Shown: piece after piece, positions 26,600 to 40,211 of the stretch
Layout of the letters: every line of letters begins with the position of its first letter
Position numbering within the stretch: position 1 is the stretch's first letter
Source of the DNA: Octopus vulgaris
Taxonomy: Eukaryota
Direction of reading: 5' to 3'
NCBI GenBank assembly: GCA_951406725.2
Contig: OX597815.1
Coordinates: forward strand, 212,288,001 to 212,352,000
DNA length: 64,000 bases
Made by a program: the position numbers and the translations under genes
Notes under the pieces: generated by a model
What the model was told of the DNA's origin: nothing
The model's database searches: none
What the model saw: the letters and a program-made list of their open reading frames with translations, nothing else

Positions 26600-26955
26600 A
26601 ATAATCCTTTCTACTATAGGCACAAGGACTGACATTTTGAAGAGGAATGTCGATTACATTGACCCTAGTACTTGACTGGTACTCAATTTATCGACCACAA
26701 AAGGATGAAAGGTAAAGTCAACTTTGGCATAATAATAATAATAATAATCCTTCCTATTATAGGCACAAGGTCTGAAATTTGGAGGGAGAGGGCTAGCCAA
26801 TTACACTGACCCCAGTGTTTCACTGGTACTAAATTTATTGAATCTGAAGGATGAAAGGCAAAGTCGACCGTGGCGGAATTTAAACTCAGAACATAAAGAA
26901 TCCCACTAAGCATTTTGCCCGACATACTAAGGATTGTGCCAGCTCTCCATCTTAA
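26600..26955 (-). mobile_element. Two tandem family C SINE copies between (AAT)n tracts
   Basis: aatccttt-ctactataggcacaagg...ggatgaaagg-aaagtc occurs twice. A similar pair lies on + at 36436-36890, and single copies at 15200-15400, 17170-17382, 28095-28300, 40215-40430, 53715-53920 and 61175-61400. Confidence 0.75.
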
Positions 26956-26960
26956 TAAAC

Positions 26961-26996
<36 letters not shown>

Positions 26997-27686
26997 TATT
27001 CATTTAACTCCTAGTCACTATAATAAGAGAAGAAATCCGTTATAGTTGTAACACTAATAATGTAAAGTAGCATTTTGGTAGAAATTGTTTATTTATTTTA
27101 TTTATTTATTTCTTTCCTTTTTTTTAATCTGGTTTTCGTTTTCATGTTGTCAAAACTGTATAAAACAAGGAATACAAACATGCTAACATTAAAAAAAAAA
27201 ACTTTGGAAAAAGATCAATTCACAATACCATTGTAACTGAGTGCCAAAGAAATATTAAATAAACACAACTCAGTACAGACTTAGTATACAACTTGCAGAA
27301 AAAAAGTGCAGTTAATCTGCAAATGATGCAAAAAAATTCATTTATTCCAGTATCCTTGGTTATTGCATTGCAAAATGTAAACATTGAGTTCAAGTTGGGT
27401 CTCTTTGTGGATTATCTGTCCTTGAATTGTAGGCAGTGAGCGGACTCATGTGGTGTGACAACTTCAATACTTATTACGAAATAGATGGGATCAAATGCTA
27501 AGGATTGTGCACAATGATGTCATATACAATATCCGAGTGTTACCCCCCCCCTCACCACCACCACTAAGTATAGGTAATTAGCACAATAATAATATTTAAT
27601 TAGTAACAGTAAATCATGTAAATATACTGATTTGCTTTGTGTCAGTTTCTCAATAGATGTATATAAAATCAAATGGCTTTTTGTTC

Positions 27687-28004
27687 ACTTTGAACCGAGT
27701 GGTTGTCGGCATCTTCACCATCTCGTTTGGCAGCTTATTCCACGGATCTGCAAACCGGATGGAGAAAGCCCTTCTCCTCATCTCAATCGAAGGAGAGGGG
27801 CTTCCTCCGTCCGGGTTGTGGATCCGTGGAATAAGCTACCAGACGAGATGGTGAAGATGCCGACGACCGCTCGGTTCAAAGTCTCCCTTGACCTCAAGTG
27901 GCCTGAACTCTTTACATGAACACCACCCTGTACATAACTCCATGTCCCCCTACATGGCCTTGCTTTTTGCTTTTTGAGCCAAAAAATTAATTTACTAACT
28001 AACT
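27687..28004 (+). mobile_element. CR1-clade LINE 3' end preceded by an inverted copy of its own 92 bp
   Basis: HLNRRRGASSVRVVDPWNKLPDEMVKMPTTARFKVSLD...* fits the CR1 ORF2 C-terminal pattern (RVVxxWNxLP...FKxxLD). Short UTR and (TAAC)n tail. 27687-27778 is inverted against 27791-27882. Confidence 0.8.
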
Positions 28005-28014
28005 ATCAGCTAAT

Positions 28015-28048
<34 letters not shown>

Positions 28049-29350
28049 CAGCAGCAGCAGCAATAGTAGTAGTTATAATAATTGTGTAAACTTTTTGGCA
28101 CAAGGCCAGCAATTTTACTGGAATGGGGGCTAGTCAATTACACCAACCCCAGTGCTTGACTGGTACTTAACTTACTGACCCCAAAAGGAGGAAAGGCAAA
28201 GTTGACCATAGAAGAATTTTGAACTCAAATATTTAAAAACACAGACAAACGCCACTAAGCATTTTGTCCAGGGTGCTAATTCTGACATTTTACTGCCTAA
28301 TTTTAATAATAATAATAATAATGATAATAATAATAAAATGTATGTGTATATATATTAAAAGATTGTGTTCAATAACAGTATCACTGCCTTCTATTGTGTT
28401 GCATCTATTTGAAAGGTAAAATGCTCTCACGGAGGTTGTGAGATTTTTAGAAAATGTCTGTCAAAGATAGCTGAAACTGTAGGCAAATGTACAAATGACA
28501 ATCAAATTTATGTTAAAGTATTAGAAAATGAAACCATGCAATGTGAAATGTTGGAGAGAAAAGGCAGCAGAAGCAGAGGTAAAAGAAAAAACAAGCATGC
28601 AGTGTTTTGAATGTTTAATGAATGGATAGATAAACATTATATATATGTGTATATATGTGGTACAGCATTGTACATATATATACATAAATAAAAAAAAAAA
28701 TTGAAGCAAAACTCACTCATTATCCTCAAGCTTTTGGGTAAAATATCTGAAAGGTTACAAGAGAAATTTGTCATCAACCCACCAAATTATACCAATATGA
28801 CCCAGTGGAAAATCTACTGAAACTGGTGCAGGTGTGCATTAGAAAAGTATCCCAACAATATTTTAAGTGTGCCACCAAGTGTGAAGGAAAGGATGCTGTA
28901 ATGATACTAATGGATAAGATACTTTCCAGCCTCGGAGCTCAATAACTATGGATGTGTATCCTACCAGAAGCTTTTTTATACATCTTGATGTAATGAAGAT
29001 TCAGCTAAATGGAAATTATTCCGCATTGCAATGAAGATGGTCAGCTCATAAATAGATGGTTTAGGGTGATCCTGAATATATTGACTGTGTCATAACTGTA
29101 GAGGAAAGTTGTTTATTAACAATGCTAAAGCACATTTGCTCAGCCTGTTATTGTAAACAGCTGGAAAAAATATTTTAATAACTATGTTACTAGAACAATC
29201 AGAGTATACAGAACTTCAGTGAAAACTATTCCAACACAAAATATAATCCAGCTAGCTCCAAGGTGTACACAGATATTTAATCATGTATACGTTTCTTAGA
29301 GCTATATGTAAATGAATGCACATATACCACCACCAGCAACACACAAGAGA

Positions 29351-29383
<33 letters not shown>

Positions 29384-30738
29384 TTTGCAACACAGAGTAA
29401 AGAAGTTGAAGCTGTTAGAGTCACCAGTTGTTTAGGTTAATTATAAATAACCAAGTTATTTTAGTATATTGGACTGAATAGTTAACTAAGCACTCATGCA
29501 CACTTTCACATATCTAATTGCTATTTCAACTATAAACACCTTTCCAGTGTTGTTTGAATACAAATAATCTTCAAGTGAAACATCTAATACCTACTTCCTC
29601 AGGTTGTTTTGAGATTTGAAATATTTTTCGAGTACTTTATTCTACCAAAGTACAGCATCAGAAACTCGAATCAAGGTATGTCGTTCCCACCTTCATATAC
29701 TTATCTCTGAGTGCATGTGTATTAAACACATACATCTCAAGAATAAATACATAAGAGTAATGGTGCTACTATTTAGAAACCAATACAGCTACAGACTTAG
29801 GAATTGGACCTTAAAATATCTAGGAAATGTTATACAAAAAAATTATCAATGCACACATAAAATCATTACATTTGGAATCAGAAAATAGGATTTACATCAC
29901 CAATAAAAAGAAATTATTAAGAATAGTAAATACCTAAGATGTTTGTTGGGTTTTTTTGTTATTTGTTTCTTTTTGTGTGAGTTTTTTTAAAAAATTAAAC
30001 CCCAAAATTAAAAACAAAATTGCAGCAACAAAATAACATAGAAATCAATTTGATAAATAAATGATAATAGAAAAGCCATTCAAGATCATATTCGCAACTA
30101 CTTTTCCTAACAATGCATTACTATACTATCTACTGGACAAAGTAGGCAGCAGATAAGAATGTGAAGAGGGAAATTGAATTTTAAGCAAGGAAGATGGAGA
30201 CTAAATCTAATTCAACTGAAAAAAAGGAACCAAGTGAAAAGTATACATATTCAAGCTATAAATGAGTGGATTATTAAATATATTTCTATTCACTGTATTA
30301 ATAAGCAAATTCTATCTTTCACATGAACAAAATATTTTAATTTCTGTACAAAAGAAAATCTATTTAGTTTAAATAAATGGCTGCAGGCTGCATAAATCAG
30401 GGGAGATAACTACTAAGAAACCTTTTTAATTATTTTCCATTTTATGTCGTCTGAGTTCAGCAGAGACTGAAAAATCATGGTTTCGGCAACGCAAAATAGT
30501 TGCATATCAAGACTTCAATTGAGAGCCACTTGTTGTATAAACTATTTAATTATAAAATAAGGGACAAATATATTTCCATCTAAGCAAATAAATATATAAC
30601 TTTCTCCAAGCATGATGCATAGTTTGCCCTGGGCTGAAATGTATGAAAGAATAAAAGGGAAAATACTGTAGCAATCTCATGGCAATGTTATCAGTGGCTT
30701 TGTATATTAACCTTGTGCATGCGTGTAAGTGTGTGTGT

Positions 30739-30800
<62 letters not shown>

Positions 30801-31167
30801 AAGAAATCATAGATCAGTCTTTAAATATTTTTGGATTTCTGTTCAACTACTTCGTCATCATCATTTAATGTCCAACTTCCATGCATGTATGGGTGGGATA
30901 GTTGACAGGGGCTGGCCAGGTATAAGACTACCCAGGCTGCTGTGTCTGTTTTGACAGAGTTCTATGTGTGTCCATATATATATGTGTGAGTATATGTGTG
31001 TGTGTGTATAGGTGTGTGTGTGTGTGTATATATGTGTGTGTGTGTGTGCATGTATATATGCATATGTCTATGTATATGCATATATATGTGTGTTTATGTA
31101 TGTATATATATATATATATATAGTGTGTGTGTGTTTATTAACATATATTTTTATACATATATATATG

Positions 31168-31205
<38 letters not shown>

Positions 31206-31212
<7 letters not shown>

Positions 31213-31879
31213 GGTTGTATACTGTCAATCTAACAAGAACGTGACAGTAGGGGGTACACCACCGTTATATAGCCCTAGGAGGCATCGAACGCCTCCTGAC
31301 AGCTCGACACATTTTATCCTGTGTCCTTATATACACATACGAAGGGGAGACAAACACCCCCAACTGCCAGAACTGCATCTAGGGACACCTAGGGCTATAT
31401 AACGGTGGTGTACCCCCTACTGTCACGTTCTTGTTAGATTGACAGTATACAACCATTATATCGCTCCACCACCGTACACCTCTTTATGAGAGATTTAGAA
31501 ACTCAATATTTCTTATTTTGATAATCAGTGAATAGACTTCACTGACTATAGATATATACAGATACAAAATCGAGACAGACATCGCCAGCTGACCGGTGTC
31601 TGCTACTCTAGGCCGATGAAGGACAATGATCCTGAAACACGGTGTCCCTAGATGCAGTTCCGGCAGTTGGGGGTTTTTGTCTCCCCTTCGTATGTGTATA
31701 TAAGAACACAGGATAAAATGTGTCGAGCTGTCAGGAGGCGTTCGATGCCTCCTAGGGCTATATAACGGTGGTGTACCCCCTACTGTCACGTTCTTGTTAG
31801 ATTGACAGTATACAACCATTATATCGCTCCACCACCGTACACCTCTCTATGAGAGATTTAGAAACTCAATATTTCTTAT
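31206..31879 (+). mobile_element. Penelope-like / non-LTR retrozyme-like non-coding element: inverted arm plus partial tandem repeat (period 363 bp) in (TA)n
   Basis: 31388-31516 equals 31751-31879 (one mismatch seen). 31206-31389 is the reverse complement of ~31641-31824. (TA)n on both sides; contains a hammerhead. Confidence 0.85.
31607..31652 (+). ncRNA. Type-I hammerhead ribozyme motif (CCGAUGA core variant)
   Basis: tctagg [ccgatga] agga-caatga-tcct [gaa] acac-g-gtgt c cctaga. Perfect 6-bp stem I, 4-bp stem II, near-palindromic stem III, GUC triplet (cut after 31646). Confidence 0.8.
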
Positions 31880-34381
31880 ATATATATATATATATATATA
31901 TATTTTATACATATATATATGTGTGTGTGTGCAACATCAAATTTTTTCTTATTTGGTTAAAATAATTAATCATTTGCAAAATATTGTGAACATGTCAGTT
32001 GCACGAGCATCTGGCATCGTGGAAAGTTCCGTCAATAAAAATACAAAAAGATTGGTAGAGCCAATTACCCTTTAATATACCAAGAAAGAACACATAACTC
32101 TTATTTATAAACTGCTTGCAATTTCAACATTATACTAAGAGAATGGTTCTAATAGGCACCCAAATCCTGATGGTTATAAAATTTTAAAAAATAGTTTTCC
32201 AAATTTATTGAAATGCTTTTTTGTTGGATTTATTTTCTTTCACCGCCCAGTTTGTGTGTATGTGTGTGGTGTGTTTTGTTTGGAGTAGCAAAACAGCCAT
32301 GCCAAAGATTTCTAAAGATAACTAATTTAAAAATAAAAAGATTTTTTCAAGTTAGTGCAAACCAAAGGATGTTATCCTTGAATAGACAAAATGGCGTCAT
32401 TGCCAAATGTGCTGAAGACTAAAGTCTGAATAAGAACTAATGGAAGAGTGAGTGCAGTTGAAGAGCAGGTAGGAATCTAAGAGAAATGGCCAGAGATAGA
32501 AAAACTGGTAGAAGAACTACTTTAAACCATGTCCAGATGTATATGCATGAATATTTCCAATGTAGGTGCATAGGTAACAAAGGGAGGAAGTTTCTAGAAA
32601 GCAAATATTCATTCTTGCATACAAACTTTTCTAATGAATGAATGGACTCAAAAAAAAAAAAAATAGTAATAATAAAACCCAGAAAAAAAAAAAAAGGATG
32701 CATGCAGTGGATGAAGGGATACATACTGTTTGTGTTGTCTTTTCATCTGTGGTATTACCCCTGAAAGTTATAAAGATATGAAATATTGTATTTTGGAGGA
32801 ATAATAAGGAAACAGAAGAGAAAATGTGGTTTTTTATGGTTTTACATAAAATTTCTTTACAGTAAAAAAAAATGAAAAAAACTTCAATCAAAAGGAATAT
32901 TATATTATTTACTACAACCACTACTACAAATACCAATAAACTTATTTTCGTGTTAATGTTTGTATTTAAGTGTTTAAAAAAATGGTGATTTAAGTGTTAA
33001 AAAATGGTGAAAATGAAAAGTAAAACAAAATTATTTTCATTGTAACAAAACAAAAGACAATGGTTTGGTAAAATTATTTTGCTGGAAAGATTGCCAAAAT
33101 CAGTTACTGTAATTCATGTTATAGTCATTTAAATTATTTAAAAAAAATAGTCACTATGTCTGTGAAACTAAGTTATATAAATCTTTCAGATTTATATATT
33201 CAAAATCAATACAAGTTACATTATATCCAGAGATTTTAAATAATCGATATAATTGCTGTTTCCTTTTTAATTTATGTATTTTGTACATATGGGTATTTTA
33301 ATACTGATGACTGCATAATGGACTCTATTCAGGCCAAATTCAGTATGAAGCCATTTATATTTGAAAGGTACTACTAGGAAATTGAAGACGTGTAGCCTAG
33401 CAAAGTTTTCAGCTCTCAATCATAAGGTTGTAGGTTCCATTCTTGGATAGGGTAGCATGTTGTATCTTTGATCAAGGCACATCATTTTATGTTACTTTAA
33501 TCTATTTATCTTTAATGAGTACCAGTCAGTGCTAGAACAGTGACAGAGAGAGAAAGAAGGCTAGAACAGCCTTCTTTCTCTTTCCGTCACATTCTGGATG
33601 TTCCACTGGGTAAAGGCTGAAGTGGCCGAGAGAGAATGTGTGCTTATTCATGATTACAAAGACACCTGAAACAATTAGCAAAAGCATGGGACATACTGCC
33701 AGCTCATACTCACTTATAAGTGATGGCTAGCTGTACTATGTTTGTTGAATTCACCTAAAAAGTTGTAGAACTGCTTTATTAAGAAAGCAACACTTTCAAG
33801 GATAAACTAAAAAGTTCTTATACTGAGGATATAACACAAGCATAATGGTATATAAATAAACCAAAGAGTCCATGAAGCCCAGTTCTAGAACATTAACTCA
33901 GCTATCGCAGTTGTAAGGACAGGAGTGATTCCACAACCTTATGATTGAGAGCTGAACACTGTTGAGCTACACATCTATCTTTCTTAAGACTATTAAAAAC
34001 TGTCATGGTGAAGACTACTTGTTGCTGAGAAAATAACAATTCTTGTTTTTGGTAGATATTTGACATCATTACAGGGATAACATAATGATTTCACAGAGTC
34101 AATTGATTATTGAAAGGTAATAAATATGTGTTTGGCAATACATAATATATATATATATATCTATACTTTAAAACTTATAGAATGAAACATGGAACAGCAT
34201 TTAATTAAAAACTGGCAATCATCTGAGTGAAGTGAGTTTAGCAAAGCCTGAAAAACAAAGAAGTTTGAAAGCATATTTTTCAACCACAAACGGTCGTTCA
34301 AGATGTAAAACTGCAAAATTGTGTCTATCTTTAACACTGTGAAGAAAGAAATACTGAAACAGCAGAATTATTGCCAGTTAC

Positions 34382-34541
34382 CCTTGGAACCATCTCTGGC
34401 AGCAGGAAGACATGATGTTGATGAGGATTTACCAAAGTTCACACTAGCTGTGGCAGGAAAAGGGTAATTAGATGCAAATACAGAGTCTGGGGATTCTGCT
34501 GCCTCAGGAGAAGGCATAGATGCAGAGTTGTTTTCCATAAT
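34382..34541 (-). CDS. Coding exon (160 nt, phase 0 to 1): IMENNSASMPSPEAAESPDSVFASNYPFPATASVNFGKSSSTSCLPAARDGSK
   Basis: Acceptor attttgtag, donor AAGG|gtaact. In frame with exon 39192-39262. Confidence 0.72.
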
Positions 34542-34876
34542 CTACAAAATATGAAAGTAAATACACTGGAAATAATATACAATTAACTGAAATGTCTCAA
34601 GAAAATAATTTCAAAAAATTTCTGTAAACTTCCTCATTTATCTCCCTTGTTCTTATTCTACTTTCCAACGATGGTCGCAGCTGGTCTCAAGTCAGCAGGA
34701 TGGAAGCTTAATAGATAACAACAGTTCATAGTCCACCATTGGCTATACTTTACTCTTAGCCAATACACATTATCATTTATTTTACCATGCTATTCTGATG
34801 CTATTCAAGAAGTAACAATTTAACATAAGCCTAGCTAAATAGATTAGGGGTTTGTTAGTGGAATCTGTTTGTTTAA

Positions 34877-35097
34877 CCCTTTCGTTACTGTATTTCTGTT
34901 GAGATGCTCTGTGTTTCTTTCAATTACTTTAAATATAACAAAGAATTTAGTAAAAGAACTTAGTTATCTTTCAGCCAGTGTTAGGAACATAAATTGTGAC
35001 TAAAGTTTGGTGGAAGATTTTCATTCAAAACTTATGAAAACAAGACATTTGTACTACAGAGCCAGAGCCGGTTTCAGCTGGTTTGGTAACGAAAGGG
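34877..35097 (+). mobile_element. piggyBac-type MITE (221 bp)
   Basis: TTAA|ccctttcgttac ... gtaacgaaaggg|TTAA: 12-bp TIRs with TTAA duplication. Confidence 0.88.
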
Positions 35098-37619
35098 TTA
35101 ATGATGCCAGATTTATGGAAAGCCATGTTTCAGTCTTGGTGACAGAGCATCTTCTACTGTAGTATTATAGACCCACATAAGAGTGACTGTTCCAAATGAG
35201 TGCATTTGAAGGAGTTATGCGGAAAAAGAAAATCAAATGGCTTAAGTTCTTGTTCTTCAAAATTATTGTGCAAATAAGATATTTGGTACAAAACCATATT
35301 TTTTAGCATACAAGTTGAAATTTTCACACCTTATTTCCAGCCAAAACAAGGTAAGTCAATTTATACACTGAAATAACTTTGAAGGACCTAAAATTCCATG
35401 TGACATATAGGAGAATTTGGAAAGATAGGGACGGTGTTTACACCACATGTTTATATTATATAATGTGCTGACTTGTATGCCAGAAAATATGGTAAATGTT
35501 CTGAAAAATTGTCTTCAGAGTCATTTGTCTCAATGAGCTATAACAATTTTCAGTTGGAAATTCACTCTCAGAATTGTTTTTATACAAAATTGTTTTAATA
35601 CAAAAAGTATTACAAGCTAAGAGAAAATGGAAAACGCAGTCCATCCCCAAAAGATTTAAAAGAGTTAAATTAGACAATATTCTACATCTGTGCATTGCAG
35701 AAAGGCATATAAATGTGTATAAAGGTACAAAATAATTATCAACTTCCATCAATGTTGCCCTCTCTCAGCAAACGTCAACAGAGAATTCTAAGCAATTTCC
35801 TGTCACTCTAATTCTTCTCATACAACTCAACATTATCTTAAAGCTATTTCTAGCCTTCCACTTGACTACTGAACATACACACACTTTTATCTATTTCTAA
35901 CAACTGCAAACTCACAAAATCTGACAATAATTTCTCCAAGAAAGTTATTTATCAAAATAATGCACAAGCATGGCTGTGCGGTAATAGGTTTGTGTCCCAC
36001 TGCAAGGTATCTTGACCAAGTGACCACTGCTATAGTCCTGACCCAATCAAAGCTTTGTGAGCGATTTTAGTAGATGGAAACTGGAAGGTCTGCGTGTGTG
36101 TGTATGGGGGGGGGTATACTGTCTCCTTGCCTTGACTTCGCATGATAGTTGTAAAAGAGTGTCACTGTCATACATGTCGTGTGTCCTTCATTTCCGATCT
36201 TCCGTGAAAACATGTCTGGTCAGGGGAAAATGTTACCTTACTTGGAAACAGGTGAGAGTGGATGACACAAAGAGCATCAAGCCATAGGAAATCCACTGCA
36301 ACAAATTCCATCTGACTCATGCAAGCTTGGAAAAGTGGACATTAAATTATTATTATTATTATTATTATTATTACTGGAGGAGGAGGAGGAGGATACCTAT
36401 TGTCAAAAGGATTATTAATAATTTTTTTTTTGTAAAGGCATCAAGCTGACAGAATCGTTAGCATGCTGGGCAAAATGCTTGGTGGTATTTCATCTGCCAC
36501 TTTGCTTTGAGTTCAAATTCTGCTGGGATAGACTTTGCCTTTCATCCTTTCAGAGTTGATAAATTAAGTACCAGTGAAACACGGTTAATGTAGTCAACTC
36601 GACCCCCACCCACAAATTTCAGGCCTTGTGCCTATAGTAGAAAGGTTTATTATTATTATTATTATTATTATCAAGGTGGTGACACAACAGTATTGTTAGC
36701 ACATCAATCAAAATTCTAAGCAACATTTCTTCTGGCTCTTTGCATTCCAAGTTCAAATTCCGCTGTGGTCAACTTTGCCTTTCATCTTTTCGGAGTAAAT
36801 TAAACATGTACCAGTGAAACACTGGGGTCAATGTAATCAACTAGTCCCCTCCTGCAAATTTCAGGCCACATACCTTTAGTGGAAAGGATTATAATCCTTA
36901 TTACGGGTGGAGCGAGGGAGCCCATGACCTTTGCAATAGGTTGCAGTCCAGGGTGGAAGAGATGGTCTGAGTAAGGATCAAGGTAGGAAAAGAGACAACA
37001 GAGCTAACATTAATCCAACACAAGTGGATTAGAGTACATTTCACAACAGCATAGTGCAATATATGCAATATAGCTTTAATCCTTGACCTAGAACTAAAGA
37101 GCTTAGCACCGGAATTACTTAGTGTTAAGCATTGGTAAAAAATTCAAAAAATAACTAACAACAATAACGAATAATTTCAGAGAATAGCTTATCTTAGGTA
37201 CAACCAATAAACTGTATCCTAATATGCAAATATTACTAACTGACTAAAAGATTCTGCCATATTTTTCAGCATCCAAATTGATACGGTTTATAGTGTAAAC
37301 TTTTGAACATCATCACAATCTTTCCAAATCCAGTAGCATTTCACATGGAATTTTTGGTCTTTCAAGGTTGTTTTGGTGTATAAATCAACCTACCTATTTT
37401 GGCTGTAGATTTTGGTGTAACAAACTTAACGTGTATGTCGCAAAATACAGTAAATTTCAATGTCAATATAAAGTGCAGAAAATGTTAAATGATGAGGTTC
37501 ACAACTCCATCTCAAACTGATTTATTTCTTCATATTTTCCAGGTAATACATTTAATTTTTTACACACCTCACTACCCTCATCTTTAGGGAAAATGTATAA
37601 TGTTTCTATAGAAGAGATG

Positions 37620-37950
37620 ATTTACTTCCAATATGCTGCAGAAACTTATTCATTAAAACAACACAGCACCCAGGACTTTTGGAAACATTTTTTCACTCAG
37701 AATTGCTGAAGCATGGGATAAACTATATGCATCGGTTGTTAGTTGAAGAGACACTACAATCTTCTAAACTTCCATTTTGCCTGTAATCTCCCAACAATAC
37801 ACCTGATTCTCACCACATTTTTTTCCCCCCACTATTCACTTCTTGAGCATATTCTGTCTACTGTTCATGCAGTTTTGGTTTCTTTTTCAGATGAGTTGTA
37901 GTGCAACCGAGCACAGTATACAATGAGTTCATTATTATTATTATTATTAT
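37620..37950 (+). mobile_element. Decayed CR1-like LINE 3' end with (ATT)n tail
   Basis: KHFF/LRIAEAWDKL..SVVS resembles the CR1 ORF2 end; terminates in (att)n. Confidence 0.55.
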
Positions 37951-39191
37951 CTATAGTTCATTCCATCCATAACTAAAGATTTATGTAAGGGAGTTAACTA
38001 TACACAATAATCAATTATTAAATTTGTACTTTAAATTGATCAACAAATTTAATAGATTCTGCAAAGCTTTCACTCAAAAGTATTTTCAATGGATGAGCAT
38101 TTTATAAATAATTTGATTTAGTTATAAGTAATTTGATTTTATTGATTTAATCAGATTACATAATCATCTTCATGTGCCAGCAACTCCTTACAAGATCTTA
38201 ATGAGTTTACATTATAAATTCTTATTTGAAACTACAACTAATTGTATTTACTTTATGATTTATACTTTATCAATGTATAAATCCCATTCTTAATTTTCTT
38301 TGCAAGTACCCCGTGCCAGTGGCACGTAAAAGTACCCACTACACTCTCGGAGTGGTTGGCGTTATGAAGGGCATCCAACTGTAGAAACTTTGCCAGATCA
38401 GATTGGAGCTTGGTGCAGCCTTTTAGCTCGCCAGTCCTCAGTCAAACTGTCCAACCTATGCCAGCATGGAAGGCGGATGTTAAACAATGATGATGATGAT
38501 GATGATATTCATACAAAGCCATCTGGACAAACACTTCTGTCTTCAACTTTCTGAATGGGAATAAACTCTTAAGTCTAACTTGAACAAACAACTTAGAAAT
38601 TAAACAATTTCTTTTTAAACTGTGATTAAAATGAAATGGAAAACAATAATTTATTCCAGGCATATAACTGGACTGCAGTCATGCGGGGATACCACATTGA
38701 TGGGTTTTAGTTTAACAAATCAACACCAGTAATTAATTTTATAAGCATGGTACTTACTCTATCACTCTCTTTCGCTTAACCAGTAAGTTATAGGGATGTA
38801 AACAAAGTAGTGGTGGCAGACTAACAAACAAATACATACACACACACACACACACAAACAAACACACACATATATACAATGGGCCCCTTTCAGTTTCTGT
38901 TTATCAAATCTATCCACAAGGCTTTAGTAGAAGATACTTGCCAAAGGTGCAGTAGGATTGAACCTGAAACCTTGCAGTTGGAAAGCAAACTTCTCACTAC
39001 ACATGTGAATAAAAATAACTAATTTCAAATTATAATTTTTAACCTTATTTACCAAAGAATAAAACACATTTACAGATAATAACTATGCCATTTTATACAT
39101 TTAAAAAAAAAAATCCATTTGTATTTTAAAACTGACTGGCAGAGACAAATCTTATTGAAGATACACATGAATGTTTTGAAAGAATTATTAC

Positions 39192-39262
39192 CTTTCGGTA
39201 GTCAAACATAGCAGTTAAAGGCCAACTTGGTGGACGTTTATTATCAGTAAATGCAGATTGAC
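39192..39262 (-). CDS. Coding exon (71 nt, phase 1 to 0): (G)QSAFTDNKRPPSWPLTAMFDYRK
   Basis: Acceptor ttgattacag, donor AAG|gtaata. Phases match both neighbouring exons. Confidence 0.8.
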
Positions 39263-39740
39263 CTGTAATCAAATTAAACAAATAAAACTAATTGATTCCC
39301 AAGGCTGGGAGGCAATTCATCAGCAACATGTGATTTTGTTAATATTTTAGTGCTCGCCACTAATTAAAGTGTCTACCACAGCAGTCTACCGAATGGGTTA
39401 AAACACACCTGAAGGAACAAATTGGTTAGATTCATTTTCATTAGTAGAAGCATGTGACTAATTATAACTAACTAAACTTTATTTTTGCCAACTATTTATC
39501 AAAGCATAGCGTGTAATATAAGAAGAAGCATAATGCATGATGATAATGTATCGGGATGAACCATTTCATTGAGGTTATACTTCAAGATGAGATGTGAATT
39601 TCTTAGGCTTTTGGTATTGTGGTTTAAGAAGTAAACAAAGAATTAACACTACAGACTGATCATTCCTTTAACCCTTTCGTTACCATATTTCTTCAAGAAG
39701 TAAACAAAGAATTAACACTACAGACTGATCATTCCTTTAA

Positions 39741-40211
39741 CCCTTTCGTTACTGTATTTCTGTTGAGATGTTCTGTGTTTCTTTCAATTATTTTAAATAT
39801 AACAAAGAATTTAGTAAAATAACTTAGTTATCATTCAGCTAGTGTTAGGAATATTAATTGTGACAAAGGTTTAGTGGAAGATTTTAATTCAGAACTTATG
39901 GAAACAAGACATTTGTACTCAGAGCCAGAGGTGGTTTAAGCCAGGTTGGTATCAAAAGGGTTAAGAATTGTTTCTCTATTATATATTTTAACCCTTTTGT
40001 TACCATATTTCTGCTGAGATGCTCTGTGTTTCTTTCAATTACTTTAAATATAACAAAGAATTTAGTAAAATAACTTAGTTATCATTCAGCTAGTGTTAGG
40101 AATATTAATTGTGACTAAGGTTTGGTGGAAGATTTTAATTCAAAACTTATGAAAACAAGACATTTTACCACAGAGCCAGAGCCGGTTTTGGCCAGGTTAG
40201 TAACAAAAGGG
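39741..40211 (+). mobile_element. Two tandem piggyBac-type MITEs (39741-39960 and 39992-40211)
   Basis: Each is bounded by TTAA|ccctt ... aaggg|TTAA and is homologous to 34877-35097. Confidence 0.88.

Noticed and set aside
27687-27882. A/G excess between hairpin arms as a trace of retrotransposed edited RNA
   Set aside because: Many of the differences sit at CpG positions and are explained by deamination; too few remain.
31211-31819. Paired ORFs MVVYCQSNKNV... on both strands
   Set aside because: By-product of the inverted duplication; no domain resemblance, and the element looks non-coding.
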